From Marsupella aquatica (taxonomy: Eukaryota > Plantae > Marchantiophyta), in the NCBI GenBank assembly GCA_973895155.1, contig OZ316896.1, forward strand, positions 1,922,001 through 1,986,000: DNA of 64,000 nucleotides, given 5' to 3'. Positions 62,101 through 64,000 of the stretch are shown here, one piece after another. The stretch's first letter is position 1; every line of letters starts with the position of its first letter. Below the pieces are notes generated by a model. That model had not been told where the DNA came from. It worked only from the letters and a program-made list of their open reading frames with translations, and ran no database searches. A program made the translations under genes and the position numbers.

Positions 62101-64000
62101 AGTGACTTCCAATGTGCAAAACTTGTTGCATCAGGAAGTTCACGCTCATCACCAAATGGCATGTCAAAGGAGGAGAATAGAAGTGGGTCAAACCTCATCT
62201 CATGCCCCATGAGAAGAAACTTTGTATGCCCAATATAAACAATCTTTCTAATCCATGAACAATATGTGGCCATGTCCTCTAAGCTTGGGCCACAAGTAGA
62301 GCAAGCTTTGTACCCCTGAGTTTGCAATCCAGAGACAAAACCAAACCCTGCTTACATAGAAGAAATCAAACCATGCAAACTTTATGTTAGGGTTGTCACA
62401 TGAGAAACAACAATAGGAACTACACATTATTGAAGGGTTGCAAATGGCATGGAAGTCATCTTACCAGGATAGTCATGCATTGTCCAACAAATGATCCCTC
62501 TCAATTGAAAGACATGTGGAAAACCTCCTGTAATTTTCCTGCCATCATATGCCCACACTCCATTCCAGAATTTTTGAAGTTCTCCAATCAATAGTGCCAA
62601 GTAAGTATCAAAGTTCTTCACCTTTTTTGGACCTGGGATAATCAAAGACAATAAAAGGAACCCCTTCTTCATGGATAGCCATGGTGGGAGGTTATAATTC
62701 ATGACAACCACAGGCCAAACTGATGTAGGTTGCCCCTTTCCTCCAAGTGAATGAGGGCTAACTCCATCAGATGCCAATCATAGCCTCACATGGCGAGGAT
62801 CATGTGCAAAGTCTGGCCATGTTGCCTCAATATGTTTGTGAGCAGGGGAGTCAACTGGCAACCGCATGACACCAGACTCTGATCGATGAGTCTTATGCCA
62901 TACCATCAACTCTGCCAAGTCAGAACACCGATACATGTGCAACAACCGAGGAATGATGGGAAACCAATGAACAGCCTTCCTTGGCACCTTCTTTGTTAGC
63001 ATGTTGGGGTCATAGCGAGGCTCATCACATGTTGTACATTGTGTCATGTTTGCATTGGCCCCATGCAATCATTCACACATGCATGAACAATATGATATTC
63101 CATGCCAATAGATGAGAGAACACTCTTTGCCTCCTTCCAAGTTGCTGGCAACACATTCTCAGTGGGTAACATAAGGTCATGGCAAAGTGCAAACATATCA
63201 GATAACAAGGCATTGCTTGCCTTGTGTTTGGCCTGTAGGTTCATCAACCCCAAGATGGCTGAAAGACGACTCAAACGAGCACCCTCATAGATAGGTGTTC
63301 GGGCATGTTCCTCTGCTTCTTCCCATTGGCGTTGTCCCTCAAGGGTATGTCTTGGGCGTGGATCATTGGGGGGCACCTGCCCTTCATTGGGAAGGTCATC
63401 ACCAGGGTTGTCGGCACCAAACCAATCAACCATGAAGTCATCCATGGCTCTATCCTGGTCATCAGTTACTTGTTCATCCATCCGAGGTACCTCTTCATCA
63501 GGGTTACTGCTTCCACTAGCACTTGATGAGGAGTGTGACTCTGATCCATGTCCTTCTTTTGGCATACCCATTTCTCGATATGTTGCTCTCAATCTCTGTG
63601 GTAACATATTTGGAGAGGGTCGCACATTCTAAAAACAAAGCAAACAATTGAAAGTTATATTGCAAAGAGAACACACACAAAAATGGGCTAGGGGTGTGCA
63701 AAAATGAAATAATATTGGTTGTGGTGCAAATACAAAATGTGGCCAAAGGCCATATGTAGTGTCCTTTGATATGCAACATACCACCTATGACCCTTACTTA
63801 ACCCTAATCCCACTCATAGTGAGTAAATAACTCATCCCCTGAGTTAATGGTCCTCGTTGCTACAACTAGGCAATGGTCATGATGATATGTCTGGCCATAA
63901 GGTGCTGGCGGAGGACCCTCAATGAAAACCCACTCACAATTTTGCCTACGCTTAGGGCGAGTCCCCACGGTACTGTTTATGAAACCAGCAATATTCCCAG
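59187..64000 (-). mobile_element. CACTA (En/Spm) DNA transposon, 3' part; continues beyond the window
   Basis: Terminus CACTACAACA at 59187, subterminal ttgcga/tcgcaa motifs, a GA-rich tract, and a minus-strand TnpD-type transposase. Confidence 0.9.
60148..63625 (-). pseudogene. CACTA transposase (Transposase_21 / DUF4218 / DUF4216-like), disrupted
   Basis: HACVNDC, FPIIPRL, RHVRL*LASDG, YNLPPW, WTMHDYPG, LDPMHIEGNV, LKTHDYH, FFDCQVHLLVHL, RWMYWLERYM, YGKIEEI, FKCKWF, EPFAFPS. Stop at 62778 and a frameshift/deletion near 63060. Confidence 0.9.

Overview
Eukaryotic nuclear DNA from a land plant. The compact, intron-rich genes look bryophyte-like, but the species cannot be fixed from sequence alone. 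Host genes: 3' part of a cytosolic HSP90 (MEEVD), two tandem Tas-like aldo-keto reductases, ribosomal protein L9 (uL6), acylphosphatase, an HflX-family GTPase, branched-chain keto-acid dehydrogenase E1-alpha, a LysM+TM protein and an NPF (NRT1/PTR) transporter. Mobile DNA: a solo LTR with TSD, a tRNA-derived SINE with TSD, the 3' part of a CACTA element, a Helitron-like end and a stand-alone Copia gag-like ORF. The main feature is a 9.57-kb decayed Ty3/Gypsy retrotransposon (13366-22936). It carries a DNMT3-like C5-cytosine methyltransferase between protease and RT, in the RT reading frame, and a PHD finger at the integrase C-terminus. It has a candidate Tf1-type self-priming site instead of a tRNA PBS. 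Its termini are permuted or split (A ... B-gc-A-B), opened at a palindrome GACA-GC-TGTC and flanked by a 4-bp TSD, even though it encodes a DDE-type integrase rather than a tyrosine recombinase. All alignments and counts were done by eye.
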